From: the human T2T-CHM13v2.0 reference genome, Homo sapiens
Direction: 5' to 3' (one strand)
Length of the DNA: 64,000 bases
Assembly (NCBI RefSeq): GCF_009914755.1
Contig: NC_060948.1
Each line of letters starts with the position of its first letter. Position 1 is the first letter of the stretch. The notes beneath the pieces are model-generated. The model worked only from the letters and a program-made list of their open reading frames with translations. It made no database searches and was not told where the DNA came from. A program made the position numbers and the translations under genes. Below are positions 38,745 through 58,102 of this stretch, piece after piece.

Positions 38745-40849
38745 AGATCCATATTTTTTAAATGAAAAAAAATTTCAAAGGTACTCTGCTTGGTACAATA
38801 ATCAAATGTATAAACTGAGGAATAAAACATAACCATGAAACCTACTTATAACTGCATATGGAAAATACAGAGGATAATTTTTTAAATAACATATTTTGAA
38901 AGCCTTAACTAGTAATTTGAAGAGTTGGCATTTGAAAGGCCAGTATGAATATACCTTCAAAGCAGCAACACAGGTTCCCCATGAGAAAAAGCAAACACAG
39001 GGAAAATAAAAACACAAAGGTTCAATCTCTTCTGACCTTTGAAAGACACAGCACAGACAGTGGTCCTTAGGACGAAGAGCAGGAGACCCCTAATTCCGTC
39101 ACCATGGCGATAGGGCATAAACATTGCTGGGTGAGGGCACAATCCACATTGTGAGGTCCAACTGCTGCCAGGAAGACAGGAGTGCTTTTACATAGACCGA
39201 AAGGTCATTGAAGGCTCAGAGTTTTGTTTCAAGAACTGAATCCCAAGCCCACACGTTATTAGGCTGCGCTTCTTAAAACAAGTTATGAGATGGGAAAAAG
39301 GGCACCCACAAACATACGTATACATTATGTATATAATAATATACAGTATCATATATATAATATATATAACCTATGTATAATATTGTTTTACATCCTGCAT
39401 CTTATGTTATATATATTGTATAAAATATAATAATTGATAATATATAAGTTTTATAATTATACAATATGACATATAGTATATATTATAATTTATGACATAT
39501 ATAATATATGTTATATGTCATATATAGAATATATTATACGGTTAATATACGTATTAAATATAAATTATACATTCTATATATTATATATAATATATCTGTT
39601 ATATATAATACCCATTATGCATAATATATATATTATGTCTATGTTATATATAGTATAAAACAACATATAATAATATATAATTGTATATATAAAATGCGAC
39701 ATATAATATATATTATATTTTATAACATGTGAAATATATATTATATATTATATATAATACGTTGTATGTATAATACCTATATTAAATATATATTATATGA
39801 CTATGTTATTAATTACATGTCACATGTGTTATATATTATATATTTTACATAGAATATACCGGTTACATACAATATATACTATGTTACCTATAATGTATTA
39901 TTTATTACATGTAAAATAAAGAATGCAATATATTATGTATAATTTATAATATACCATATGTGGAATGTCATATATATAACATATAATATATGATATATGA
40001 TATACAGTATATGATATATAACATACAATATATGATTCCTAATACATATGGTATACAATATATATTTTATGATATGTATTCTATATGTTTTATATTCTGT
40101 TATATATAACTATTTGAAATTATATATAACTGTATAATATTTTATGTAAATATGTAATATAATATATATAACTATATAATATATTATATATAACTATATA
40201 TTATGTTATATATACTTTTATAACATAATTTACATAAAATATCATAATATAATATATATTATATTATTTCATATTACATAATATATATTACATTTCACCC
40301 AATATAACTAACATACATAATATTATAATATAGATTATATTATGTTATATTAAATATCATATATATCATGTATCATATATTCTATAATATATATTACACA
40401 TTATATAATATGTATGTTGTCTATTATGTGATATATATAACTCTATATATAATTATATTTTTATACATATAACTAGATAAACATGTAATTCTACATATTT
40501 TCATTTATAATATGTAGAATTATATAATCATATATAATTATTTATATTCTATAAAAAATTTTATCATTATATAAATTATAATATATAAAAATTATAATAT
40601 GTACTACAAATATATATATTATATATCATATATGATATAGTACCTTTGTTATATATCATAATACATATAAATGTGTATTATGTTATCTATAATTATATAA
40701 TTTCATATATAAGATGTATAATATGTATCATATATTATATATGTTATGTATTATATGTAGTATATATAAGATGACACAGGATAAATATTATATACTATGA
40801 CATATAAAATATATCAGGTTATATGTTACATATAAGGCATAGCACATAA

Positions 40850-41164
<315 letters not shown>

Positions 41165-43292
41165 AGATCCATATTTTTTAAATGAAAAAAAATTTCAAAG
41201 GTACTCTGCTTGGTACAATAATCAAATGTATAAACTGAGGAATAAAACATAACCATGAAACCTACTTATAACTGCATATGGAAAATACAGAGGATAATTT
41301 TTTAAATAACATATTTTGAAAGCCTTAACTAGTAATTTGAAGAGCTGGCATTTTAAAGGCCAGTATGAATATACCTTCAAAGCAGCAACACAGGTTCCCC
41401 ATGAGAAAAAGCAAACACAGGGAAAATAAAAACACAAAGGTTCAATCTCTTCTGACCTTTGAAAGACACAGCACAGACAGTGGTCCTTAGGACGAAGAGC
41501 AGGAGACCCCTAATTCCGTCACCATGGCGATAGGGCATAAACATTGCTGGGTGAGGGCACAATCCACATTGTGAGGTCCAACTGCTGCCAGGAAGACAGG
41601 AGTGCTTTTACATAGACCGAAAGGTCATTGAAGGCTCAGAGTTTTGTTTCAAGAACTGAATCCCAAGCCCACACGTTATTAGGCTGCGCTTCTTAAAACA
41701 AGTTATGAGATGGGAAAAAGGGCACCCACAAACATACGTATACATTATGTATATAATAATATACAGTATCATATATATAATATATATAACCTATGTATAA
41801 TATTGTTTTACATCCTGCATCTTATGTTATATATATTGTATAAAATATAATAATTGATAATATATAAGTTTTATAATTATACAATATGACATATAGTATA
41901 TATTATAATTTATGACATATATAATATATGTTATATGTCATATATAGAATATATTATACGGTTAATATACGTATTAAATATAAATTATACATTGTATATA
42001 TTGTATATAATATATCTGTTATATATAATAGCCATTATGCATAATATATATATTATGTCTATGTTATATATAGTATAAAACAACATATAATAATATATAA
42101 TTGTATATATAAAATGCGACATATAATATATATTATATTTTATAACATATGAAATATATATTATATATTATATATAATACGTTGTATGTATAATACCTAT
42201 ATTAAATATATATTATATGACTATGTTAGTAATTACATGTCACATGTGTTATATATTATATATTTTACATAGAATATACCGGTTACATACAATATATACT
42301 ATGTTACCTATAATGTATTATTTATTACATGTAAAATAAAGAATGCAATATATTATGTATAATTTATAATATACCATATGTGGAATGTCATATATATAAC
42401 ATATAATATATGATATATGATATACAGTATATGATATATAACATACAATATATGATTCCTAATACATATGGTATACAATATATATTTTATGATATGTATT
42501 CTATATGTTTTATATTCTGTTATATATAACTATTTGAAATTATATATAACTGTATAATATTTTATGTAAATATGTAATATAATATATATAACTATATAAT
42601 ATATTATATATAACTATATATTATGTTATATATACTTTTATAACATAATTTACATAAAATATCATAATATAATATATATTATATTATTTCATATTACATA
42701 ATATATATTACATATCACCCAATATAACTAACATACATAATATTATAATATAGATTATAATATGTTATATTAAATATCATATATATCATGTATCATATAT
42801 TCTATAATATATATTACACATTATATAATATGTATGTTGTCTATTATGTGATATATATAACTCTATATATAATTATATTTTTATACATATAACTAGATAA
42901 ACATGTAATTCTACATATTTTCATTTATAATATGTAGAATTATATAATCATATATAATTATTTATATTCTATAAAAAATTTTATCATTATATAAATTATA
43001 ATATATAAAAATTATAATATGTACTACAAATATATATATTATATATCATATATGATATAGTACCTTTGTTATATATCATAATACATATAAATGTGTATTA
43101 TGTTATCTATAATTATATAATTTCATATATAAGATGTATAATATGTATCATATATTACATATGTTATGTAATATATGTAGTATATATAAGATGACACAGG
43201 ATAAATATTATATACTATGACATATAAAATATATGAGGTTATATGTTACATATAAGGCATAGCACATAACATGTAATATATATCATATATAA

Positions 43293-43584
43293 TTTTTTTT
43301 TAGACAGAATCTTGTCCTGTTGCACAGGGTGGGGTACAATGGCGCCATCTTTGCTCACTGCAACTTCTGCCTCATGGGTCCAAGCGATTGTCCTCCCTCA
43401 GCCTCCCAGGTAGCTGGGACTACACCACACTGGGACTACACCAGCTGCCACCATGCCTAGCTAATTATTTGGATTTTTAGTAGTGACAGCGTTTCACTGT
43501 ATTGGCCAGGATGGTCTTGATCTCTTCACCTTGTGATCCCCTTGCCTTGGCCTCCAAATTTGCTGGGATTACAGGCCTGAGCCA
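43293..43584 (-). mobile_element. Degenerate Alu copy (U18)
   Basis: Near-identical to 2176-2467. Confidence 0.93.
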
Positions 43585-45689
43585 AGATCCATATTTTTTA
43601 AATGAAAAACAATTTCAAAGGTACTCTGCTTGGTACAATAATCAAATGTATAAACTGAGGAATAAAACATAACCATGAAACCTACTTATAACTGCATATG
43701 GAAAATACAGAGGATAATTTTTTAAATAACATATTTTGAAAGCCTTAACTAGTAATTTGAAGAGTTGGCATTTGAAAGGCCAGTATGAATATACCTTCAA
43801 AGCAGCAACACAGGTTCCCCATGAGAAAAAGCAAACACAGGGAAAATAAAAACACAAAGGTTCAATCTCTTCTGACCTTTGAAAGACACAGCACAGACAG
43901 TGGTCCTTAGGACGAAGAGCAGGAGACCCCTAATTCCGTCACCATGGCGATAGGGCATAAACATTGCTGGGTGAGGGCACAATCCACATTGTGAGGTCCA
44001 ACTGCTGCCAGGAAGACAGGAGTGCTTTTACATAGACCGAAAGGTCATTGAAGGCTCAGAGTTTTGTTTCAAGAACTGAATCCCAAGCCCACACGTTATT
44101 AGGCTGCGCTTCTTAAAACAAGTTATGAGATGGGAAAAAGGGCACCCACAAACATACGTATACATTATGTATATAATAATATACAGTATCATATATATAA
44201 TATATATAACCTATGTATAATATTGTTTTACATCTTGCATCTTATGTTATATATATTGTATAAAATATAATAATTGATAATATATAAGTTTTATAATTAT
44301 ACAATATGACATATAGTATATATTATAATTTATGACATATATAATATATGTTATATGTCATATATAGAATATATTATACGGTTAATATACGTATTAAATA
44401 TAAATTATACATTCTATATATTATATATAATATATCTGTTATATATAATACCCATTATGCATAATATATATATTATGTCTATGTTATATATAGTATAAAA
44501 CAACATATAATAATATATAATTGTATATATAAAATGCGACATATAATATATATTATATTTTATAACATATGAAATATATATTATATATTATATATAATAC
44601 GTTGTATGTATAATACCTATATTAAATATATATTATATGACTATGTTATTAATTACATGTCACATGTGTTATATATTATATATTTTACATAGAATATACC
44701 GGTTACATACAATATATACTATGTTACCTATAATGTATAATTTATTACATGTAAAATAAAGAATGGAATATATTATGTATAATTTATAATATGCCATATG
44801 TGGAATGTGATATATATAACATATAATATATGATATATGATATACAGTATATAATATATAACATACAATATATGATTCCTAAAATATATGGTATACAATA
44901 TATATTTTATGATATGTATTCTATATGTTTTATATTCTGTTATATATAACTATTTGAAATTATATATAACTGTATAATATTTTATGTAAATATGTAATAT
45001 AATATATATAACTATATAATATATTATATATAACTATATATTATGTTATATATACTTTTATAACATAATTTACATAAAATATCATAATATAATATATATT
45101 ATATTATTTCATATTACATAATATATATTACATATCACCCAATATAACTAACATACATAATATTATAATATAGATTATATTGTGTTATATTAAATATCAT
45201 ATATATCATGTATCATATATTCTATAATATATATTACACATTATATAATATGTATGTTGTCTATTATGTGATATATATAACTCTATATATAATTATATTT
45301 TTATACATATAACTAGATAAACATGTAATTCTACATATTTTCATTTATAATATGTAGAATTATATAATCATATATAATTATTTATATTCTATAAAAAATT
45401 TTATCATTATATAAATTATAATATATAAAAATTATAATATGTTCTACAAATATATATATTATATATCATATATGATATAGTACCTTTGTTATATATCATA
45501 ATACATATAAATGTGTATTATGTTATCTATAATTATATAATTTCATATATAAGATGTATAATATGTATCATATATTATATATGTTATGTAATATATATAG
45601 TATATATAAGATGACACAGGATAAATATTATATACTATGACATATAAAATATATGAGGTTATATGTTACATATAAGGCATAGCACATAA

Positions 45690-46004
<315 letters not shown>

Positions 46005-48108
46005 AGATCCATATTTTTTAAATGAAAAAAAATTTCAAAGGTACTCTGCTTGGTACAATAATCAAATGTATAAACTGAGGAATAAAACATAACCATGAAA
46101 CCTACTTATAACTGCATATGGAAAATACAGAGGATAATTTTTTAAATAACATATTTTGAAAGCCTTAACTAGTAATTTGAAGAGTTGGCATTTGAAAGGC
46201 CAGTATGAATATACCTTCAAAGCAGCAACACAGGTTCCCCATGAGAAAAAGCAAACACAGGGAAAATAAAAACACAAAGGTTCAATCTCTTCTGACCTTT
46301 GAAAGACACAGCACAGACAGTGGTCCTTAGGACGAAGAGCAGGAGACCCCTAATTCCGTCACCATGGCGATAGGGCATAAACATTGCTGGGTGAGGGCAC
46401 AATCCACATTGAGAGGTCCAACTGCTGCCAGGAAGACAGGAGTGCTTTTACATAGACCGAAAGGTCATTGAAGGCTCAGAGTTTTGTTTCAAGAACTGAA
46501 TCCCTAGCCCACATGTTATTAGGCTGCGCTTCTTAAAACAAGTTATGAGATGGGAAAAAGGGCACCCACAAACATACGTATACATTATGTATATAATAAT
46601 ATACAGTATCATATATATAATATATATAACCTATGTATAATATTGTTTTACATCCTGCATCTTATGTTATATATATTGTATAAAATATAATAATTGATAA
46701 TATATAAGTTTTATATTTATACAATATGACATATAGTATATATTATAATTTATGACATATATAATATATGTTATATATCATATATAGAATATATTATACG
46801 GTTAATATACGTATTAAATATAAATTATACATTATATATATTATATATAATATATCTGTTATATATAATACCCATTATGCATAATATATATATTATGTCT
46901 ATGTTATATATAGTAAAAAACAACATATAATAATATATAATTGTATATATAAAATGCGACATATAATATATATTATATTTTATAACATATGTAATATATA
47001 TTATATATTATATATAATACGTTGTATGTATAATACCTATATTAAATATATATTATATGACTATGTTATTAATTACATGTCACATGTGTTATATATTATA
47101 TATTTTACATAGAATATACCGGTTACATACAATATATATTATGTTACTATAATGTATAATTTATTACATGTAAAATAAAGAATGCAATATATTATGTATA
47201 ATTTATAATATACCATATGTGGAATGTGATATATATAACATATAATATATGATATATGATATACAGTATATGATATATAACATACAATATATGATTCCTA
47301 ATATATATGGTATACAATATATATTTTATGATATGTATTCTATATGTTTTATATTCTGTTATATATAACTATTTGAAATTATATATAACTGTATAATATT
47401 TTATGTAAATATGTAATATAATATATATAACTATATAATATACTATATATAACTATATATTATGTTATATATACTTTTATAACATAATTTACATAAAATA
47501 TCGTAACATAATATATATTATATTATTTCATATTACATAATATATATTACATATCACCCAATATAACTAACATACATAATATTATAATATAGATTATATT
47601 ATGTTATCTTAAATATCATATATATCATGTATCATATATTCTATAATATATATTACACATTATATAATATGTATGTTGTCTATTATGTGATATATATAAC
47701 TATATATATAATTATATTTTTATACATATAACTAGATAAACATGTAATTCTACATATTTTCATTTATAATATGTAGAATTATATAATCATATATAATTAT
47801 TTATATTCTATAAAAAATTTTATCATTATATAAATTATAATATATAAAAATTATAATATGTACTACAAATATATATATTATATATCATATATGCTATAGT
47901 ACCTTTGTTATATATCATAATACATATAAATGTGTATTATGTTATCTATAATTATATAATTTCATATATAAGTTGTATAATATGTATCATATATTATATA
48001 TGTTATGTAATATATATAGTATATATAAGATGACACAGGATAAATATTATATACTATGACATATAAAATATATGAGGTTATATGTTACATATAAGGCATA
48101 GCACATAA

Positions 48109-48423
<315 letters not shown>

Positions 48424-50528
48424 AGATCCATATTCTTTAAATGAAAAAAAATTTCAAAGGTACTCTGCTTGGTACAATAATCAAATGTATAAACTGAGGA
48501 ATAAAACATAACCATGAAACCTACTTATAACTGCATATGGAAAATACAGAGGATAATTTTTTAAATAACATATTTTGAAAGCCTTAACTAGTAATTTGAA
48601 GAGCTGGCATTTGAAAGGCCAGTATGAATATACCTTCAAAGCAGCAACACAGGTTCCCCATGAGAAAAAGCAAACAGAGGGAAAATAAAAACACAAAGGT
48701 TCAATCTCTTCTGACCTTTGAAAGACACAGCACAGACAGTGGTCCTTAGGACGAAGAGCAGGAGACCCCTAATTCCGTCACCATGGCGATAGGGCATAAA
48801 CATTGCTGGGTGAGGGCACAATCCACATTGTGAGGTCCAACTGCTGCCAGGAAGACAGGAGTGCTTTTACATAGACCGAAAGGTCATTGAAGGCTCAGAG
48901 TTTTGTTTCAAGAACTGAATCCCAAGCCCACACGTTATTAGGCTGCGCTTCTTTAAACAAGTTATGAGATGGGAAAAAGGGCACCCACAAACATACGTAT
49001 ACATTATGTATATAATAATATACAGTATCATATATATAATATATATAACCTATGTATAATATTGTTTTACATCCTGCATCTTATGTTATATATATTGTAT
49101 AAAATATAATAATTGATAATATATAAGTTTTATAATTATACAATATGACATATAGTATATATTATAATTTATGACATATATAATATATGTTATATATCAT
49201 ATATAGAATATATTATACGGTTAATATACGTATTAAATATAAATTATACATTATATATATTATATATAATATATCTCTTATATATAATACCCATTATGCA
49301 TAATATATATATTATGTCTATGTTATATATAGTATAAAACAACATATAATAATATATAATTGTATATATAAAATGCGACATATAATATATATTATATTTT
49401 ATGACATATGTAATATATATTATATATTATATATAATACGTTGTATGTATAATACCTATATTAAATATATATTATATGACTATGTTATAAATTACATGTC
49501 ACATGTGTTATATATTATTTATTTTACATAGAATATACCGGTTACATACAATATATACTATGTTACCTATAATGTATAATTTATTACATGTAAAATAAAG
49601 AATGCAATATATTATGTATAATTTATAATATACCATATGTGGAATGTGATATATATAACATATAATATATGATATATGATATACAGTATATGATATATAA
49701 CATACAATATATGATTCCTAATATATATGGTATACAATATATATTTTATGATATGTATTCTATATGTTTTATATTCTGTTATATATAACTATTTGAAATT
49801 ATATATAACTGTATAATATTTTATGTAAATATGTAATATAATATATATAACTATATAATATATTATATATAACTATATATTATATTATATATACTTTTAT
49901 AACATAATTTACATAAAATATCATAATATAATATATATTATATTATTTCATATTACATAATACATATTACATATCACCCAATATAACTAACATACATAAT
50001 ATTATAATATAGATTATATTATGTTATATTAAATATCATATATATCATGTATCATATATTCTATAATATATATTACACATTATATAATATGTATGTTGTC
50101 TATTATGTGATATATATAACTATATATATAATTATATTTTTATACATATAACTAGATAAACCTGTAATTCTACATATTTTCATTTATAATATGTAGAATT
50201 ATATAATCATATATAATTATTTATATTCTATAAAAAATTTTATCATTATATAAATTATAATATATAAAAATTATAATATGTACTACAAATATATATATTA
50301 TATATCATATATGCTATAGTACCTTTGTTATATATCATAATACATATAAATGTGTATTATGTTATCTATAATTATATAATTTCATATATAAGTTGTATAA
50401 TATGTATCATATATTATATATGTTATGTAATATATATAGTATATATAAGATGACACAGGATAAATACTATATACTATGACATATAAAATATATGAGGTTA
50501 TATGTTACATATAAGGCATAGCACATAA

Positions 50529-50843
<315 letters not shown>

Positions 50844-52948
50844 AGATCCATATTTTTTAAATGAAAAAAAATTTCAAAGGTACTCTGCTTGGTACAATAA
50901 TCAAATGTATAAACTGAGGAATAAAACATAACCATGAAACCTACTTATAACTGCATATGGAAAATACAGAGGATAATTTTTTAAATAACATATTTTGAAA
51001 GCCTTAACTAGTAATTTGAAGAGTTGGCATTTGAAAGGCCAGTATGAATATACCTTCAAAGCAGCAACACAGGTTCCCCATGAGAAAAAGCAAACACAGG
51101 GAAAATAAAAACACAAAGGTTCAATCTCTTCTGACCTTTGAAAGACACAGCACAGACAGTGGTCCTTAGGACGAAGAGCAGGAGACCCCTAATTCCGTCA
51201 CCATGGCGATAGGGCATAAACATTGCTGAGTGAGGGCACAATCCACATTGTGAGGTCCAACTGCTGCCAGGAAGACAGGAGTGCTTTTACATAGACCGAA
51301 ATGTCATTGAAGGCTCAGAGTTTTGTTTCAAGAACTGAATCCCAAGCCCACACGTTATTAGGCTGCGCTTCTTAAAACAAGTTATGAGAAGGGAAAAAGG
51401 GCACCCACAAACATACGTATACATTATGTATATAATAATATACAGTATCATATATATAATATATATAACCTATGTATAATATTGTTTTACATCCTGCATC
51501 TTATGTTATATATATTGTATAAAATATAATAATTGATAATATATAAGTTTTATATTTATACAATATGACATATAATATATATTATAATTTATGACATATA
51601 TAATATATGTTATATATCATATATAGAATATATTATACGGTTAATATACGTATTAAATATAAATTATACATTATATATATTATATATAATATATCTGTTA
51701 TATATAATAACCATTATGCATAATATATATATTATGTCTATGTTATATATAGTATAAAACAACATATAATAATATATAATTGTATATGTAAAATGCGACA
51801 TATAATATATATTATATTTTATAACATATGTAATATATATTATATATTATATATAATACGTTGTATGAATAATACCTATATTAAATATATATTATATGAC
51901 TATGTTATTAATTACATGTCACATGTGTTATATATTATATATTTTACATAGAATATACCGGTTGCATACAATATATACTATGTTACCTATAATGTATAAT
52001 TTATTACATGTAAAATAAAGAATGCAATATATTATGTATAATTTATAATATACCATATGTGGAATGTGATATATATAACATATAATATATGATATATGAT
52101 ATACAGTATATGATATATAACATACAATATATGATTCCTAATATATATGGTATACAATATATATTTTATGATATGTATTCTATACGTTTTATATTCTGTT
52201 ATATATAACTATTTGAAATTATATATAACTGTATAATATTTTATGTAAATATGTAATATAATATATATAACTATATAATATATTATATATAAATATATAT
52301 TATGTTATATATACTTTTATAACATAATTTACATAAAATATCATAATATAATATATATTATATTATTTCATATTACATAATATATATTACATATCACCCA
52401 ATATAACTAACATACATAATATTATAATATAGATTATATTGTGTTATATTAAATATCATATATATCATGTATCATATATTCTATAATATATATTACACAT
52501 TATATAATATGCATGTTGTCTATTATGTGATATATATAACTATATATATAATTATATTTTTATACATATAACTAGATAAACATGTAATTCTACATATTTT
52601 CATTTATAATATGTAGAATTATATAATCATATATAATTATTTATATTCTATAAAAAATTTTATCATTATATAAATTATAATATATAAAAATTATAATATG
52701 TACTACAAATATATATATTATATATCATATATGATATAGTACCTTTGTTATATATCATAATACATATAAATGTGTATTATGTTATCTATAATTATATAAT
52801 TTCATATATAAGATGTATAATATGTATCATATATTATATATGTTATGTAATATATATTGTATATATAAGATGACACAGGATAAATATTATATACTATGAC
52901 ATATAAAATATATGAGGTTATATGTTACATATAAGGCATAGCACATAA

Positions 52949-53263
<315 letters not shown>

Positions 53264-55390
53264 AGATCCATATTTTTTAAATGAAAAAAAATTTCAAAGG
53301 TACTCTGCTTGGTACAATAATCAAATGTATAAACTGAGGAATAAAACATAACCATGAAACCTACTTATAACTGCATATGGAAAATACAGAGGATAATTTT
53401 TTAAATAACATATTTTGAAAGCCTTAACTAGTAATTTGAAGAGTTGGCATTTGAAAGGCCAGTATGAATATACCTTCAAAGCAGCAACACAGGTTCCCCA
53501 TGAGAAAAAGCAAACACAGGGAAAATAAAAACACAAAGGTTCAATCTCTTCTGACCTTTGAAAGACACAGCACAGACAGTGGTCCTTAGGACGAAGAGCA
53601 GGAGACCCCTAATTCCGTCACCATGGCGATAGGGCATAAACATTGCTGAGTGAGGGCACAATCCACATTGTGAGGTCCAACTGCTGCCAGGAAGACAGGA
53701 GTGCTTTTACATAGACCGAAATGTCATTGAAGGCTCAGAGTTTTGTTTCAAGAACTGAATCCCAAGCCCACACGTTATTAGGCTGCGCTTCTTAAAACAA
53801 GTTATGAGATGGGAAAAAGGGCACCCACAAACATACGTATACATTATGTATATAATAATATACAGTATCATATATATAATATATATAACCTATGTATAAT
53901 ATTGTTTTACATCCTGCATCTTATGTTATTTATATTGTATAAAATATAATAATTGATAATATATAAGTTTTATATTTATACAATATGACATATAATATAT
54001 ATTATAATTTATGACATATATAATATATGTTATATATCATATATAGAATATATTATACGGTTAATATACGTATTAAATATAAATTATACATTATATATAT
54101 TATATATAATATATCTGTTATATATAATAACCATTATGCATAATATATATATTATGTCTATGTTATATATAGTATAAAACAACATATAATAATATATAAT
54201 TGTATATGTAAAATGCGACATATAATATATATTATATTTTATAACATATGTAATATATATTATATATTATATATAATACGTTGTATGAATAATACCTATA
54301 TTAAATATATATTATATGACTATGTTATTAATTACATGTCACATGTGTTATATATTATATATTTTACATAGAATATACCGGTTGCATACAATATATACTA
54401 TGTTACCTATAATGTATAATTTATTACATGTAAAATAAAGAATGCAATATATTATGTATAATTTATAATATACCATATGTGGAATGTGATATATATAACA
54501 TATAATATATGATATATGATATACAGTATATGATATATAACATACAATATATGATTCCTAATATATATGGTATACAATATATATTTTATGATATGTATTC
54601 TATACGTTTTATATTCTGTTATATATAACTATTTGAAATTATATATAACTGTATAATATTTTATGTAAATATGTAATATAATATATATAACTATATAATA
54701 TATTATATATAAATATATATTATGTTATATATACTTTTATAACATAATTTACATAAAATATCATAATATAATATATATTATATTATTTCATATTACATAA
54801 TATATATTACATATCACCCAATATAACTAACATACATAATATTATAATATAGATTATATTGTGTTATATTAAATATCATATATATCATGTATCATATATT
54901 CTATAATATATATTACACATTATATAATATGTATGTTGTCTATTATGTGATATATATAACTCTATATATAATTATATTTTTATACATATAACTAGATAAA
55001 CATGTAATTCTACATATTTTCATTTATACTATGTAGAATTATATAATCATATATAATTATTTATATTCTATAAAAATTTTATCATTATATAAACTATAAT
55101 ATATAAAAATTATAATATGTACTACAAATATATATATTATATATCATATATGATATAGTACCTTTGTTATATATCATAATACATATAAATGTGTATTATG
55201 TTATCTATAATTATATAATTTCATATATAAGATGTATAATATGTATCATATATTATATATGTTATGTAATATATATAGTATATATAAGATGACACAGGAT
55301 AAATATTATATACTATGACATATAAAATATATGAGGTTATATGTTACATATAAGGCATAGCACATAACATGTAATATATATCATATATAA

Positions 55391-55682
<292 letters not shown>

Positions 55683-57787
55683 AGATCCATATTTTTTAAA
55701 TGAAAAAAAATTTCAAAGGTACTCTGCTTGGTACAATAATCAAATGTATAAACTGAGGAATAAAACATAACCATGAAACCTACTTATAACTGCATATGGA
55801 AAATACAGAGGATAATTTTTTAAATAACATATTTTGAAAGCCTTAACTAGTAATTTGAAGAGTTGGCATTTGAAAGGCCAGTATGAATATACCTTCAAAG
55901 CAGCAACACAGGTTCCCCATGAGAAAAAGCAAACACAGGGAAAATAAAAACACAAAGGTTCAATCTCTTCTGACCTTTGAAAGACACAGCACAGACAGTG
56001 GTCCTTAGGACGAAGAGCAGGAGACCCCTAATTCCGTCACCATGGCGATAGGGCATAAACATTGCTGGGTGAGGGCACAATCCACATTGTGAGGTCCAAC
56101 TGCTGCCAGGAAGACAGGAGTGCTTTTACATAGACCGAAAGGTCATTGAAGGCTCAGAGTTTTGTTTCAAGAACTGAATCCCAAGCCCACACGTTATTAG
56201 GCTGCGCTTCTTAAAACAAGTTATGAGATGGGAAAAAGGGCACCCACAAACATACGTATACATTATGTATATAATAATATACAGTATCATATATATAATA
56301 TATATAACCTATGTATAATATTGTTTTACATCCTGCATCTTATGTTATATATATTGTATAAAATATAATAATTGATAATATATAAGTTTTATAATTATAC
56401 AATATGACATATAGTATATATTATAATTTATGACATATATAATATATGATATATGTCATATATAGAATATATTATACGGTTAATATACGTATTAAATATA
56501 AATTATACATTCTATATATTATATATAATATATCTGTTATATATAATACCCATTATGCATAATATATATATTATGTCTATGTTATATATAGTATAAAACA
56601 ACATATAATAATATATAATTGTATATATAAAATGCGACATATAATATATATTATATTTTATAACATATGAAATATATATTATATATTATATATAATACGT
56701 TGTATGTATAATACCTATATTAAATATATATTATATGACTATGTTATTAATTACATGTCACATGTGTTATATATTATATATTTTACATAGAATATACCGG
56801 TTACATAAAATATATACTATGTTACCTATAATGTATAATTTATTACATGTAAAATAAAGAATGCAATATATTATGTATAATTTATAATATACCATATGTG
56901 GAATGTCATATATATAACATATAATATATGATATATGATATACAGTATATGATATATAACATACAATATATGATTCCTAATACATATGGTATACAATATA
57001 TATTTTATGATATGTATTCTATATGTTTTATATTCTGTTATATATAACTATTTGAAATTATATATAACTGTATAATATTTTATGTAAATATGTAATATAA
57101 TATATATAACTATATAATATATTATATATAACTATATATTATGTTATATATACTTTTATAACATAATTTACATAAAATATCATACTATAATATATATTAT
57201 ATTATTTCATATTACATAATATATATTACATATCACCCAATATAACTAACATACATAATATTATAATATAGATTATAATATGTTATATTAAATATCATAT
57301 ATATCATGTATCATATATTCTATAATATATATTACACATTATATAATATGTATGTTGTCTATTATGTGATATATATAACTCTATATATAATTATATTTTT
57401 ATACATATAACTAGATAAACATGTAATTCTACATATTTTCATTTATACTATGTAGAAGTATATAATCATATATAATTATTTATATTCTATAAAAAATTTT
57501 ATCATTATATAAATTATAATATATAAAAATTATAATATGTACTACAAATATATATATTATATATCATATATGATATAGTACCTTTGTTATATATCATAAT
57601 ACATATAAATGTGTATTATGTTATCTATAATTATATAATTTCATATATAAGATGTATAATATGTATCATATATTATATATGTTATGTAATATATGTAGTA
57701 TATATAAGATGACACAGGATAAATATTATATACTATGACATATAAAATATATGAGGTTATATGTTACATATAAGGCATAGCACATAA

Positions 57788-58102
<315 letters not shown>
